This document shows positions 27,790 through 41,441 of a DNA stretch of 64,000 bases, in pieces. Made by a program: the position numbers and the translations under genes. The notes under the pieces are model-generated. The model did no database searches, was not told where the DNA came from, and was given only the letters and a program-made list of their open reading frames with translations. The stretch comes from Cirrosporium novae-zelandiae (lineage: Eukaryota). The DNA is taken from assembly GCA_026023565.1 (NCBI GenBank), contig JAPETS010000032.1, positions 1-64,000 on the forward strand, written 5' to 3'. Numbering within the stretch: the stretch's first letter is position 1; every line of letters begins with the position of its first letter.

Positions 27790-28952
27790 ATGCCACGACT
27801 TGTTTTAAAGCGGATTCTGAAGGGTCGAAAGGGCTCGTATCAAGTCATCAAGTCCCTCGCAGAAAATGTATATCAAGCAAATACTGAAGGAACAGGATCA
27901 TCGTCAGTGTTCCTTCTACTCAGTAAATCCCCAAGATCACTTATATAACTTAGGGTTGTTTTAAAAATAGCGCCTGATTAGCTAAAACTCTTCATCAACG
28001 AAGTAAACACGTATCAATACAACTGCATTGCCAAGTCTCCATACATTCGCTTCCTACGTGAATATATCAACAACGGCGAAAGTGACTGTCTCGTCTTTGA
28101 ATGGATGGATAGTATCCTCTGGGAAACCAAGGAAGAAAACACTCAAGCAAAAGCCAAGGTTTTCAAGACGGTCGCAAAATCATGCTTAGAAGCTCTAGCT
28201 ACGTTTCGGGACATGGACGGAACCGGCCAGTATATTCATGCAGGTGAGGGATGACTTCAAATCCAGCTACCTAGTTTTTGATTCTAACAGTTCGTTCAAT
28301 ACCAAGACCTCAACCCAAACAACATTCTAGTGAGCGGTTTCTCCAACTCTACACCCGCGACTAAGCTTGCAGACCTTGGATGGAGTAAGTTATCTAAACA
28401 CGTTCGTTTTAGCTAGGACACTGATCATTCTAGCCACACGCGCCGATTCTAAAGAGGAGAGAGTAATACGAATACAAGGTGATGCAATCCGAGCTCCAGA
28501 GATATGGAAAGGACCAAGTCCTATCCCCGCATGCGATATTTGGGCACTTGGTGTATCTGTAAGTCTGCTTGCTCTTTTACATCTGTAGATACTAATCCGA
28601 TTAGCTCGCTCATTGGATGTCTTCGAGGATTATGTTTGGTGTCGGGGGTTGCAACATTAAAACAAATCATCCTAGAGAAGTAACCGACGCAGGCTGGTGT
28701 ATTGCAAAGCTTCATAAAATGCGAAGAGCCAAACTGGAAGGTCCTGTTGAAGACAGATATGTTATGGAATGCGCTATCGCTGATAAACTTCTTTCGCAGA
28801 ATCTAGTCCAGACTCTTACTACTAGTGAAGAGTTGGAGCAGAAGCAAGTCCCGTCTGAATATATAGCATTCATTGAGCACCTACTAGTTATCGACCCGAA
28901 AAAGCGGCCTTCTGTAGTTGAAGCTCTCGCGCATCCTTTGCTTAGAACGTAA
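27790..28952 (+). pseudogene. Multi-exon Ser/Thr protein kinase with one in-frame TAG (27979-27981)
   Basis: VVLK, LVFEWMD, IHA|DLNPNNIL, KLADLG, RAPEIW, CDIWALGV, DPKKRPS..ALAHP joined across GT-AG introns. Confidence 0.75.
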
Positions 28953-31079
28953 AAAGCGTCTTAATGAGTTCAATCATGTTATGACATCTTTCAGCAAGTT
29001 CATCGCACTAACGAGTATCAACTGGAAAGGGAGGTAGCGAAATAAGAACCGGGAGCATACAAACCAGAGACCAATATGAACACTAGGCCGTTAGTCATTT
29101 TAAGGGGAAAGAAAGGAGATCACCATTGTATAGTTGGGAGACCCACGTGATCTCTATCGAACCTATCTTCTTCTAATCTTCTGAGAATAGCTTACTTCCT
29201 TCAACCCTCAACTGTTGGCGCAACCTTCTCGGCTGTCTAATCTCTATGTTCTAAGTCAATCACGCCCACAAGGCGATGAGTCACCACTTGCCCTTTGACT
29301 TTGACTTCCCTAGCAAGGTAGATAGGGATACCAGTGTTTTTGAAGAATTTTCCAAAAGACATGTCGAATTTGGTCTCTTATTATAGTCACGGTTTATACA
29401 GAGAGCTAGAAATATTCAATCAACGAGATACGCTATTGCTTAAGTTCTGAGGATATATAACAGCAGGATAACGGAGCCAATAAAACATGCATGTTGAGAC
29501 CAAAGACCCGTGGAATATGAACGAGAAGATCTCATTTCTGATGAACCTGGTAGAGATAACTTTTTTCATGGATGATATACCTCTTTATATTTTTTTCTTC
29601 AACTACACATCTTCTCGAGCTAATGCTTTTTCATTCTTCTAAATATGACTAATGCCAAAGGTGAAACCATAACCGCCTGGTTGACTGAAATATCCAACTA
29701 CATGACTCATGCATCATTTGTGTTACATTGCATTTTAGAATCGATTATAACATATGCCGCATCTTCCAAATAGGGATTCTCGCACCGGTCACGCATAACA
29801 GAGTAGGAGCATCTAGTTCTGTTATAAAACTAGTGCTGTGATGAGTCCAGTGTACTTATCGCTATTAAACATCGGCTGCTGTCAAGAATCCAAATAGATC
29901 TGATAACCTAGGGAGCTCTGCTGCTCCAAAGGTGCTGCAAATCCATCTTGTCTATATCTCTATACATGTCCGCCTTAGGAAGTACACAATGCCATCTTTT
30001 TCTCACGGTGTGTATCCTACTGCATATCTTGGCTTGAATCTTTTATTCGAGCTTCATTCATGAGTATATGGTCGTGTATTCTTAATTGATGAACTTCTTC
30101 ATAAAGCCTCAGGAGGCTAACGGGATTGATAGCGTGGTAGTTCACTAGCAAAAGACCAGAATCACTTCACTCAAGAAGTTTCTAGGGAAACCATTGTACA
30201 GTACAACCATATACGCAGTGAATTCCCTAGCCCCAGTTCCGTCCAGCTCCACTAATAGGGCACTCAATGTTGGAACAAGGAAATGTGGAAGTGTGGAAAG
30301 GGGGCAAAAGCTGACTAAATAACAAGCGAGATCATCTGATAGGCTAGGCCCTTAAGACATTGCAACGCTCAACTCAATTCCAAAATACCAAGTTCATAGC
30401 CCCTCAAAGTATCCCTTCCCCCATCATTAACATGTTCTTCATATTGAAGGGACAAATCAGGATAGAAAGTTGTTCATTCAATCTTCGGATGAGCAGTGAA
30501 TATATAAGGGGCGCGAGCACTAACTAGATACGTGGTCATATGGTCTATCTGTGCCTGAGGCATCACAACACTTCATTCGTACCAGTCAACCCAGACGCTA
30601 GCGAGCTGGAATAACTGAAGATATTATTGATCAAGGAAGTGGAGACACCTTGATACTCACGAAGCATGACATTGCTGAGCAGAAGATTGACGGTGGGGAC
30701 AGACATGTCCATTCATACAATAGTCAATAGCATGAAAAGAAAGGGGTTCGGAAATGGGAGAATCTGAAAAGGGGGGGACTTATATTTCCCATGGCATAGC
30801 AATCAAGCTCACAAATGCCTGCACTCAACTGCGTTGCTCCACAGGAGCCATAGCAAGCAATATTAACCCCAGACCAAAAGCCAACCAGCCACCTCAGGTT
30901 TTCCCAGGCCTGTGACTTCGCTCGCTAGAAGACTCGAATTCTGACGGGAGAGGGCCTTTGCATCGAAGTGTCTCACTTCTACGTCGCCCTAATACCCATG
31001 GCAAAGGCTAAAGTCCGTGAAGATTTTATCTCCTGGTCAATCATTTGTCTACTAGAGATCATGACTACAGACAGGGCAT

Positions 31080-32300
31080 GTATATACAGCAGACTCATAC
31101 AGGACTAAAATGGGGTCAGGCTCACCAGAATTTTTCAAAGTCCGACCTCTCTTAGGTTTGATGCTCATCGACGAGAGATCTTGCGAGATTTCTCAACTAA
31201 CTGAACCGTGGTCACATACGACGAGAAAGGATGAGAGAGGCGTTACCATTTCACGTATATTATTAGCGAGGATGAATTACTCAATAAGACCAAAAGAACT
31301 GTCATTGAAATCCGAGAAATCAAATTTCAAACCATCATCTCCAGGAATGAGACATATCCAGGTCTGTAAATTCAAAGTATTGACCAATTCCTCCTCCAGG
31401 AGAATGCAGTTGACGAGCTTCTCCTTAGTGCACTTGGCATTTAGAGTACGAGTTCAACCGTGGTCCAAAGTGGGGCTCAAAGTACCCAACCTCCATCTAA
31501 ATTAGTCAAAGGAGGTTGGGAGTAGTGCCTTTTCGATTGTGAATCATGTTTTGGATGTTAGCACTGGTTCTGTGTATGCTTGCAAGCAGTTTCAATGTGA
31601 ACGAGTCGGACTGAGAAGGGAAACCCGTGTTATGTTGGTTAAGATTCCTCCTTTTCTGCGGTTCCTACTAACTCTCTGCTAGGAACGTATTGTATAGTTT
31701 GTTGCTTTGATTGACAGGCCGTCGTCTCGGTTGCTCCTCGAATACGTTCGGCTTGAAAATGTAGAAGATTCACGGGTTAGGAAAGCTTGGCTATTCTTCG
31801 TCAAAGCCTTGATGCCTTGACCTCCGTCCATGATCAAGGCATTGTCTACTGGGATATTAAGCTAGGAAATATTCTTGCTCAATCCCAAAGCCTTTCCACA
31901 TAAAGCTGTCAGATTCTAGTCTTTCAAAGGACACCGATGATCTAAAACCGTTGTACGGGACACCCCTCTTTGTTGCACCCGAAACCTATCAACCTCATGA
32001 TTCATGCTACACAAATGCTAATGACATTTGGCCTTTAGGCTTCATTATCTTTAAATGCGTCTACGGCTTTCCAAATTTCTATAGTAAAGACATGGGACTA
32101 TGTTGATAGAAGGAAATCATCAAGCAACTTAATAACTAAGATTCCGACCCTTTGATCGATTTTCTATCGACCACAATGTTCATCATAGAACTAGAGAGGA
32201 GGCATTTGGCCAGAAACTGTTGAGTACAAGCATTGTATCTCTCGACTTCGCTCGAAAGCCGTTGTCTAATTCCAACGCCAGCCTCCTACGGGTTGGACCA
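31080..32300 (+). pseudogene. Decayed Ser/Thr protein kinase
   Basis: LGSSAFSIV..YACKQF, GIVYWDIKLGNIL (HRDIKPxNIL with C>T changes), IKLSDSSLSK, GTPLFVAPE, DIWPLG; frameshifts and stops. Confidence 0.75.
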
Positions 32301-35300
32301 GCATTGGATTGGCAACAATGCTGAAGAGCGACAAGCAGCAGAAAATAGAACAGACTCGATGCAGACTGGATGAATGTTCGCGCGTTCTGACAAACAGGCC
32401 GAGACATCCTTCTTCAACAGATCGACGATCAAAGCACGTATGAGTGGAAGAATGCAATCTAGATCCACAAAATCCTAGAAACTTTGACCCTACTGACCTC
32501 TGCAGAGTCCAGAAGATATTAGTTGCAAGATCCAAATTACGTTAGGTCGTCTATTGCTGCCCAAAGAGAGGATGTAGATGAAGGGGGTAGACTGAATGAT
32601 TAGGCCCCCTTCCTTTCCAAAAGCCCTATTTTAGCAGTACCTCTGACGTTGTGGATAAGTAGGACAGTGACTACGGCTCCCCGTTCGAAGACTACCAACC
32701 ACTTTATCAGCCAAATTTTGGGCTGGGACAAGTCGAGAACTCTTCCAGGGAGCTAAATGACCTACAAACCGAAGAGCCTTCCGTACTCGAAGATTATCGG
32801 CCGCTCTGTGAGCCTAATATTGAACGGGGACAATTCGGGAAAGTCTGTGAAGAGCTGACTGACCGACCAACTCCAACCGTGCAACAATCCCAAGGCGAAG
32901 CGGCAGTACGGGCTGTAGCTGTCATGTTCTATTCAGGTAGCAAAGATGGGAAGTCGTAATCGGAGTAGGTATAAGTCATATTATTTGTATATCACTCTAC
33001 TAACCTGTGCAATGTATAGCGTCGGTGCTCAATCTGTCGCTCGAAAAATACTATGCAAGTAATGCCCTTTTAGCCCACGCCTCTTATTTGTGCAACCCAT
33101 TTGACTAAAGCCTCAAGCAAGCGACATTGACCCGCACCGTCCATATTATATTTTTACGAAAGAGGCCCACTATAAGATCGCATCATTCTGATGATGTAGA
33201 TCTTGCCTCTCGACTACAACTCTCCCCACAATCAGCCAAACGATTGGGAAATACAATGGACCGGCGAGAAAAATGGAGTTCTGTTGAAATTTCCATGGAG
33301 AGAGAAGGGACTTAAGATACATGTTTCATTGATCATCCACCTGTGGCGGTCTGACTCCCTCATAAATTCAAATAAACCTGTTTACAGCCAAGTGTTTTCC
33401 TCAGACCAAGTTTGTTGAAATGATAAAAGATAGAGTCTTCCGCGCGTTACCAGGAAATAAGATATCATTCAAGCTAATGCGAAGTCAACCATACAAATCA
33501 TAACTTTGGTCTATTCGCCTTGCACGTATCTTGTATCTTCATTGCCATGCCCGCCTTTTATGCCATGGTTACAGACCTAGCTACTATGGTACTTATATGG
33601 CACTAATAGCTATGTATACCTTCCTCTCCTCCTACCGTTTCTTGCTTTGATCTAACCAATACAATGCGTGGCTGACCTCTTTATTCGACTGATCTATATT
33701 ACAGTGAACGTCCTTTGCTTCAATTTCCGAATCTCTACAATCCCAGAAACAGGCTTTCGAGTCAAATTCTCGCGTTAATCAACATGATCCTGCTTCTCTC
33801 TCCAACTCGTTTTAGGGATCACAGTAATGTGAACTCCCTTTGTCGTAGCCTCTGGCAACGATAATCTCTAGACTGAAAAGCTGGATTGAAAGGTTGGCCC
33901 TTGTACGGCTGCAAGACATTTCAGAAAGTTTCAAACAAAGATATTTATAACGATACAATATTCTTTCAACTCATAAAAATAGGCATGGAGAAATTCTAAG
34001 GACGGGTTTTAATCTCCTTCCAAAATTCAATTGGGACAGCAAAGGCTTGTCTACACCTACTTTACCTCTACAAAAATACTCAAAACAATCTGTCGACGTG
34101 CAAAAATTCTAAATTGACTATACTAGACGGATCAGGCTCACGAAGAACACATAGTACATATTTCACAGAATAGTATCAAGCTCCTATATATACAAATCAC
34201 GGGGCTCATTTAATTGGAGAAGAAAGAAGCTAGTAATTCCCCCCTCCCATCCCCTCCACTATTCCAACCCCAATCCAACCCCTAGATGCATTCAATCACG
34301 TCTCGCACTCTTCCTTTATCGTTATTATCATGGTATATGAATCAACCAAATTCAATAATAGCAGAACGTAGGAAAACGATACAACTTTATTAGATATTGG
34401 ATTTTTGTTGAGCAGAGAAGCTGAAGGCTTCAATATCGTAAATAAACAGTCCCTGCATGGATGTCTAAGACTATACCCAAATGCCGAAGGAACTACTATA
34501 TGCTGAGGCATGACAAACACCAACTCCAAAAAAAAAACAATCCTAGTATTATTTTTTTTTTTTTCAAGGAGGCGAAAAGGTTACTTGTACTTTTTTATGT
34601 TTACCAACCTGGCGATTAACAAAGATAGTCATGTCTTAAAACAGCTTGAATATAAAAAAATCAAATATTCATTCTTTCATCCATTTATTTTTATTACAAA
34701 TTCCAGCTCCTGAGCAACAACAGAGGAACAACAACATAATTTAGCTAAACCTATCAAAGGAAGTCAAGACTTATGTACAAGAACGTACTCTTCATCTACT
34801 TTACTATGCAGTAATTAAACACCTTCCTCTATCCACTCCCGCGCCCACCCCCACGTCCATACCTACGCTCACGTGGTCTAACATCTTTCTTTCTTTCTTT
34901 CCTTTCTTTCTTTCTACTCGTACTATAGATATATATCCAACCCAATCCAATCTATCCGATCTGTCCGTCCACAGATATTACCTTTATACTCATTTGCCCT
35001 TCCTATCCGTATCTCCATTTCCATTTAAATTTTAATCACGCGTATACTCTACAAATGAATAAATAAATAACTAGATTTATCGTTTATCATTTTATAACTA
35101 CACTAAAAGATCCGTATTTAAAAAAGGTCGATCGGTCGGTTATATTTTGTACGCATTAGACGTTAGTGAACAAAAGTTCTTTAAAAATTAGGGTTATCTA
35201 AGGGTCCGTTGTATAGTAGATTAGTAGCGTGGGCAACACAACGCAATACAACCCGGGGTTCCGCCGCTCCGCTACACTACTTGCTTGCTTACTTTACTTA

Positions 35301-37566
35301 CAACTCTAAACAAACCCCTATCATAACAAATCGAATCAATCAATCAACACAACCCAGACAAACTCAACCAACCAAAACCCAAGTAAATCCTAAAAACTAA
35401 CAACCTAAAAGCCCAATCATGTATACCTCCTTTTATTTAATTTTTTTTTTCTTATTTCTTTTTCTTTGTTTCTTATATAGCCTTTAACCTACTTACCATA
35501 TAAGGCCGTCCTTTCCTTCCTCTTCCTTTCCCCTCCCCTTTTTCTTTTGCATGATTAATTGATTAACGTGGTTCCTTATATCACATCACATCGTATCTTT
35601 GTTTTGTTTTTACTTTGTCATTTCTGAAAGGGGTGGGGTATTTATGTATATATGTTTCTTTAATCTAGTTCTTTATCTTTTCTTTCGGGCCTAATGACTG
35701 GCTTGAGTTTTTGTGAGGGGTGGGTGCATCAGGGAATGGTGAACCCCCCCGGGGCTGCTTGGGTTTACTTGGTTATGATGACTATTAATTAGTTGCCTTC
35801 ATTCAACACTACCCTATCAGGTAAGTAGTATATAGCGTCGAAACCCTTTCGCCGCTCACCTTATACCTACTACTCCAGGAAGTAGATACAAAAACCTCAC
35901 AGCTCAAGCTCCAAGAAATGGTAGTGTTCAAACTTACGTTAAACGCGCAATACATCTATTGTATATGCATATCTTATACCGTGCTAGGGCTTACATGCAT
36001 GTCAGTTCTCTTTTTCACACGTAACCCTCTCTATACCAGTCTTATAACTGTGGCTATCCTAGACCGCGAATTTATGCATGGTGTAGCCAAAGTTGAACTC
36101 GTGTATGTCTGGTTGGAGCCTTAGCCCCGGTATTCACCAATAAGTTGAGGATGGATTGGAAGGAAATGATCAAACAGGATTATCTTTGCTGCTGCTGCTT
36201 GAGCGGTGGCGGGACGGATTTGGAATAGATATTTGAGAGCATACCCTTTTGGGTTGAATATGGTATGCCCCAGGGAGTCAGGCAGCAACGGCTTTTGCAA
36301 CATGCTTTTCAATCAAGATCAGCTTAAGCTGGGTCAGTTTCGACTATCATTTCCCTAAAGATTAGAGATGATCTTGAGGTTGGGTATGGAAGCTACATCC
36401 GAAGCTGGAAAAAGGGGGGCAAAGTCGACGGTGATTCCGAATCACTGAACCAGTCAATCATCGGGCAATTTGCATTGGGATCGATCTTTTTATTTTGTGG
36501 CAAAATGCATGGGCTCTCTATCATAAACTGGAATAGTCCAGATATATGAGCCGTCTAATAGATTGTCCATTCTCAGCTGCAGATCGCAAGGATGGATCTG
36601 ACTGGTAACTAAAGCTGTTAGAACATAATATAGTAAAATAGACACTGATCTCTGAACCTCTCCGGGAAGTCTGAGCCGTGTCTGCCATTCGCTAGACAGC
36701 TAGGATTTCTTTGCATGCAATATGCAGCATATGTGCTTTCTGATAACTCAGTAGGCAGCAGACTCACGTACCTCAATAGAATGACTCTTATCAAATACGA
36801 GCAGTGCTTTATTGGTGCCCGCATCTGAGGCGATAGCCATTCTATAATCCTCTCGCTGGAATGGAACGAGTCGATAAGCCTCAAAATGATATCTAAAGCT
36901 GCATTTGCCTTGAGGAACCAAACGGTGCATGGAAAGGAACTCATTATCGGGGCGAGTTCTACATTCCAATGCATTCTATTACATTTAAAATCGGAAGTTT
37001 GCATGTGGTCTTCGTACATAATGCAGCCTTAACAATGCGCCTCAACGTTTTCCGGGTTTGTAAATGGCCAATCATGAAATGTTTGCTGATTTGGTTGGCA
37101 GTGAGGGTGTGACGTGACAGCTGTAGAATTAAATATTGTGGGTGACACTGCCGAAATAGTGGTGGCACTCAGGCCAAAGTATTACACAACTACTGGATTT
37201 TAGAATGCCCAACAAACTTCAGATCGCTATAGCCTGCTGCCTGTAATAAATGTCTGCCTTGAAAAGTTGGGGCTGAAATCTGTTGCCCCTCCCAGCCGTA
37301 CTACAGTAATACAGTACATATTCATAATTCTCATAAAAGAGTGAAGCGCAACTTTTCATCTTCAGCTATTTGGATTTAACAGGTATCCAGCACGCTTTAT
37401 CTCCAGAATCTTGCCAAAGTTATTTCAGCATACATCGGTCTGCTCATAAAGATAATATTAGGATTCTTCTCTTCGTGCAAGCTATATAAGCTATCCGAGG
37501 CTACACGGTAGGAAAAAAGTGACTCGTCTTACTCTGAGTAATATAAGCTAATTATGAAAGACAGTT

Positions 37567-37812
37567 ATGTGTAAATATCTTCGATTCCCTGTCGTTTACC
37601 GGCGGTGCACAGCAGATCCACCGCATCTCATCGAAGTCAGGCTAAGGAAGGACTGGAATCCAGAAATGTCGAACGCCGACGGTAAACAGGCTCCAGATCC
37701 TTGTCCCGAAGAGAAGATGTCAGACGAACTGTGCTCATATGCTGAGCAGGTTGGTCAGTTTGGGAGTTCAAGAAACTATACAGACCCGTGCCCAGGCTGT
37801 GTGAATACTTAA
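37567..37812 (+). CDS. Small Cys/His-rich protein (81 aa, or 63 aa if 37636-37689 is an intron)
   Basis: MCKY..RRC..PPH..PCP..LC..GSS..PCPGC; TATA-like AATATAAG ~25 bp upstream; candidate in-frame GT..CAG intron. Confidence 0.5.
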   Translation: MCKYLRFPVVYRRCTADPPHLIEVRLRKDWNPEMSNADGKQAPDPCPEEKMSDELCSYAEQVGQFGSSRNYTDPCPGCVNT

Positions 37813-38320
37813 TCTGGTGGAACTTTCATCGGTAGATCAATGGGATGATCAATGTTGACGGTGCATGGGAGATTAATTAGACTCTCTTTCGATTGAGCTA
37901 TTATATCTGACAAGTAAAATAATAACTCCCTCAGAACCTATGTTCCATGTTTTGCCGATGTGACCTCCATATTTATACCCTTGAGCCTCTATTTCTGACC
38001 TTAATCAGTTCGCCTTCGGATAGCACACCGTTCCCAGGGCTAGAAACGACCGAGGCGATGACTATCAAGCCGAAGAAGGTAGATATAGTAGGGTAAATCA
38101 TAGACTGTGGGACACAAAAAGTTTCTGCCATACTCGTAGTCTAATTCCGGTTCCATCGCATGACGGATTTCGAAGCGAGGTCTATATGAACAGTTGCTTA
38201 AGTGTACTGGGCAGGAGAGCATAAATGCTATAAAGGTATTGACTAAAGGACCAAGTTTCGTCATTTGCAGAAGCCAAGCGGCCTAGAGAGCTCTTTAGTA
38301 ATTATAACAATTAGAGCCTA

Positions 38321-39055
38321 TTAAGGGAACTCACGTATATCAACCAACACCGCTGAAGCACTTTCATAGCCCCCATGCCAACATTTGTTAATGATACTTC
38401 CCATCTCTAGACTAGACACGTCTGGAAATTCGCCTTTCTTGTAGAGCTGCCTCACTTCCTGATCCGTCTTGTCCGCATAAGGGCGCATTCGCGTAGACAA
38501 CTCATAAATCACTGTACCGAAGCCAAACAAATCATCAATATGATCAAAGTCGTCTGTGTATTCATAGCGGCGTGAACATCTCTGTTCGTAAGAAACACCA
38601 TTGACTTTCACACCGTCGATTATTGAGCCAGCGAAGTCACAAAGCACGACATCTAAATTATCGGTAACGAGGATGTTGCTTGAACTAGTGTCACAGTGCA
38701 CGATCCTATTTCGATGAAGATACTCAAGACCTTCTGCAATCTGCTCTGCCCATTTAAGTGGGAATATTTCTGCATCGGATGGAATATATTCCCTAAGACT
38801 GCCCTTCGGGTGGTATTCGAGGCGGATCCCAATATCTCTAGGTGGTAGTCGTTCTGGTTCTATTGGCATGGGTCCTGGCCCAAGGTATTTTAGGATTCGG
38901 GGGTGGGGGCCAAGCCTTTCATAGACTTTACGTTCGCACTCGGTATCTTTCTCATTTCCGACCCAGGAGTGCTTGAGCACAATGGACGGAGTAAGATGAT
39001 AGACCCTCCCAGATTGGCCAGCACCAACACACTCATTATTGTGACCTTGGGCCAT
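38321..39055 (-). CDS. Small single-exon protein kinase (TKL-like, accessory type)
   Basis: GAGQSGRVY, IVLK, LEYHPKGSL, LHRNRIVHCDTSSSNIL, LCDFAGS, DDLFGFGTVIYEL; intact ORF. Confidence 0.88.
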   Translation of the reverse strand: MAQGHNNECVGAGQSGRVYHLTPSIVLKHSWVGNEKDTECERKVYERLGPHPRILKYLGPGPMPIEPERLPPRDIGIRLEYHPKGSLREYIPSDAEIFPLKWAEQIAEGLEYLHRNRIVHCDTSSSNILVTDNLDVVLCDFAGSIIDGVKVNGVSYEQRCSRRYEYTDDFDHIDDLFGFGTVIYELSTRMRPYADKTDQEVRQLYKKGEFPDVSSLEMGSIINKCWHGGYESASAVLVDIREFP

Positions 39056-39915
39056 GGCGATTGAACGCAACGTAACAAATGCTATTTAGCCTTGGCTTAG
39101 TATATCACTCGAGAATGGTGGAGAGCCAGGTGTTAATTTTAAAACTTAGGTCGAAACAATCTCAATTCCATCTCAGTTCCAACGAGTCGCGTTGCTCTCT
39201 TAAGATCTCACCTAAATTTAGATTAGACAGAGGAGATGGCGAGGTTCCGGTAACGCCTTTCCTGAAACAGTAAGCATTCTGTTAATTACGAGACAGCCAT
39301 TGTCTGCTTTAAGGGTTTGAAATATTTCGACTGTGACTCATCACATCTTTGAATAGAAGCGCGAACATGCATAATTTACGAAAATGTTTAACAAATTAAT
39401 TCTCTTATAGTATCCTGGCATTCCTTGGGAAGCTCTAAACAAACACCTTTCGGATTGGCCACAGTCATGGCAAAACTATAAGGAATGTCTCACGAAATTT
39501 TCGTAATACTGTAGTTTTCAGTAAGGAATATGTTGATATTCCGGAATATTCCGTGCCAAGATTAGATCTATCTACTAAGCAAATCTCCTAAACTCTCCCC
39601 CGCATAACCTACGTAGCCTGCAAGGATTATGATAGGTTAGACTACTCTTTTCAAGATCAAATTAAGCCTCAAAATCTGGATAATATCAACTTTTAGTTTA
39701 ACCCCTACTGCTCGTAGCATGGGCCATGCGGGGACAGTTCAGGAGATGCCATCAATACGAAAGGTACTAAAGGGGAGAGGATTGGAGATGTAGTTGTTGA
39801 TACAATTAATACTATTACATGTAGTTTTCTTAATTCCTAAAAATATATGGACCGCCCTGGTCCTCATCGCCCTTTAGTGATCCTCGTAACCATTCCTCCC
39901 ACCTGTAATCAGGTA

Positions 39916-41441
39916 TCAACCCTTCCTCTTTTTGGGGGATGGTGTCTCCATCCTCGTTGACGTGTCCGGGGTGATTGGCTGTAAATCAATATGACTTGAC
40001 TGGCTGTCTGGTTCCTGCTCCAAGGATTGGTTTTCAAATTGCTGCGGGAGTCCAAATTGCTGCGAGAGTCCAAATTGCTGCGGGAGTCCAGAGGGCTCCG
40101 ATAGTTGCAAATCATCAACAGCAGAAGAGAGTCTTTTGAAGTGATCAGGCATCCATACGTCATAAATGTTCTTCGTGATGGTGTATGCTGTCCACTTCTC
40201 TTTGCCCTCCTGTTCCGTGAAATCAAATTTGCGAATCGGACAATGCCAAAACGTGGTCTTAGCTCCGTCAATCACAGGGTAGTGCCCCCAAATCCTGACT
40301 GAATCATGATTATGAGAAAGCGAAAAACCGAGAATCTCCCGATGAAGCTCTTGCTCACGCCCCACTCGCCGGAAAAGCGCGACAACACCTTTCATTGCAA
40401 CAGTCATGCTGTGAGCATTCTGTCGATCTGCAATCTCAAGTCCGGTATTCCCACATTTGACTTCGCAGGTTAAGAAAGGGAAGTACATGAAATATGTAGC
40501 CCTGAAATAGGATAAACATGATGTGTCGCCAATAAATGGCTGAAGCTTACTAAGCTGATCATCCGAGAATGCAGATCGCGCAAAACCGACCGAAAAATCT
40601 GGTTGTGGGCGAGGTGTTGTTACAGGCATACAATTATTCCAGCCCTCGTTGACACTTTCGACTACGATATCAAGATGCTTTGCGCCAAATATAGCCAGGG
40701 ATTCGGCGGACGGAACGATCAACGGAGTAATATCTTTGAATAGTCTTGCTTCATTTTTGTTTTGTAATCTGGCGCAGGTAGCTCTGAAGGTCTTATCGTC
40801 GCGGAATAAGGTATCTTTCGGGGCAGGTTGCTCCTTCTCAAGTAGTGTCTGGCAGAGACTCTTGCTTGTGTCTGTTATACCCAACTCATACTCCTTCATA
40901 TGACTGTCGCCTTGAATCTCAAGCTCAGTTACATAATGCGGTTGCTTATATAGAGCGCTCTTTACCCTTTCTGATAATGGGTGGCTTGGGGTTGCAGTAG
41001 CGGCGAAACTGGCCTCTGATCGCCTAGGGCTGAACGCCATTGATTTTCTCCTCGCTAACAGAGGATCCATATTGTCTTGTTGATCGTCGTCTTGGTAGAA
41101 GTCTTTAGGCCAGGCGCATTCTTCTGCCCAATATCTGACATGGCCCCTCCAAGATGCGCTGCTAACGCTGGCTACCTCCTGACCAAATGTCTGCCCAAGA
41201 GAACAGTCTGCGGGCAAAGATCGAGGACGTTTTTGAGGCCGTTCAGTCGGTATGTGATTTATGGGATCTTCCGCTTCTCGGGGTCTCTTTTGGCCCCGCA
41301 ACAGTAGAGGAGGTGAGTTTTCTATGGAGTGTGAGATCGGACAGCCACTTTATATACCAGTAAAGGGAGCGTACCATTATCTCCTTGAGGAGAATCCCAT
41401 CGTTGCTCTTGGGCGCTTGGACGTGCTTGGTGACTGGCCAT
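39916..41441 (-). CDS. DUF7924-like PD-(D/E)XK nuclease-fold protein; short first exon from ATG 41441 spliced to the long ORF
   Basis: NEARL..ITPLIVPSAE, RPQPDFSVGF, YFPFLTCEVKC, ADRQNAHS, FSLSHNHDSVRIWGHY. A GT..TAG intron (~41323-41374) joins MASHQARP.. in frame. Confidence 0.8.
40036..40089 (-). repeat. 3 x 18-bp coding tandem repeat (GLPQQF/GLSQQF)
   Basis: AAATTGCTGCG(G/A)GAGTCC repeated three times. Confidence 0.85.

Noticed and set aside
29000..30900. Possible gene remnants
   Set aside because: No ORF or motif I could support.
33400..35800. Short ORFs in low-complexity DNA
   Set aside because: Microsatellite-rich intergenic sequence with no recognisable motifs.
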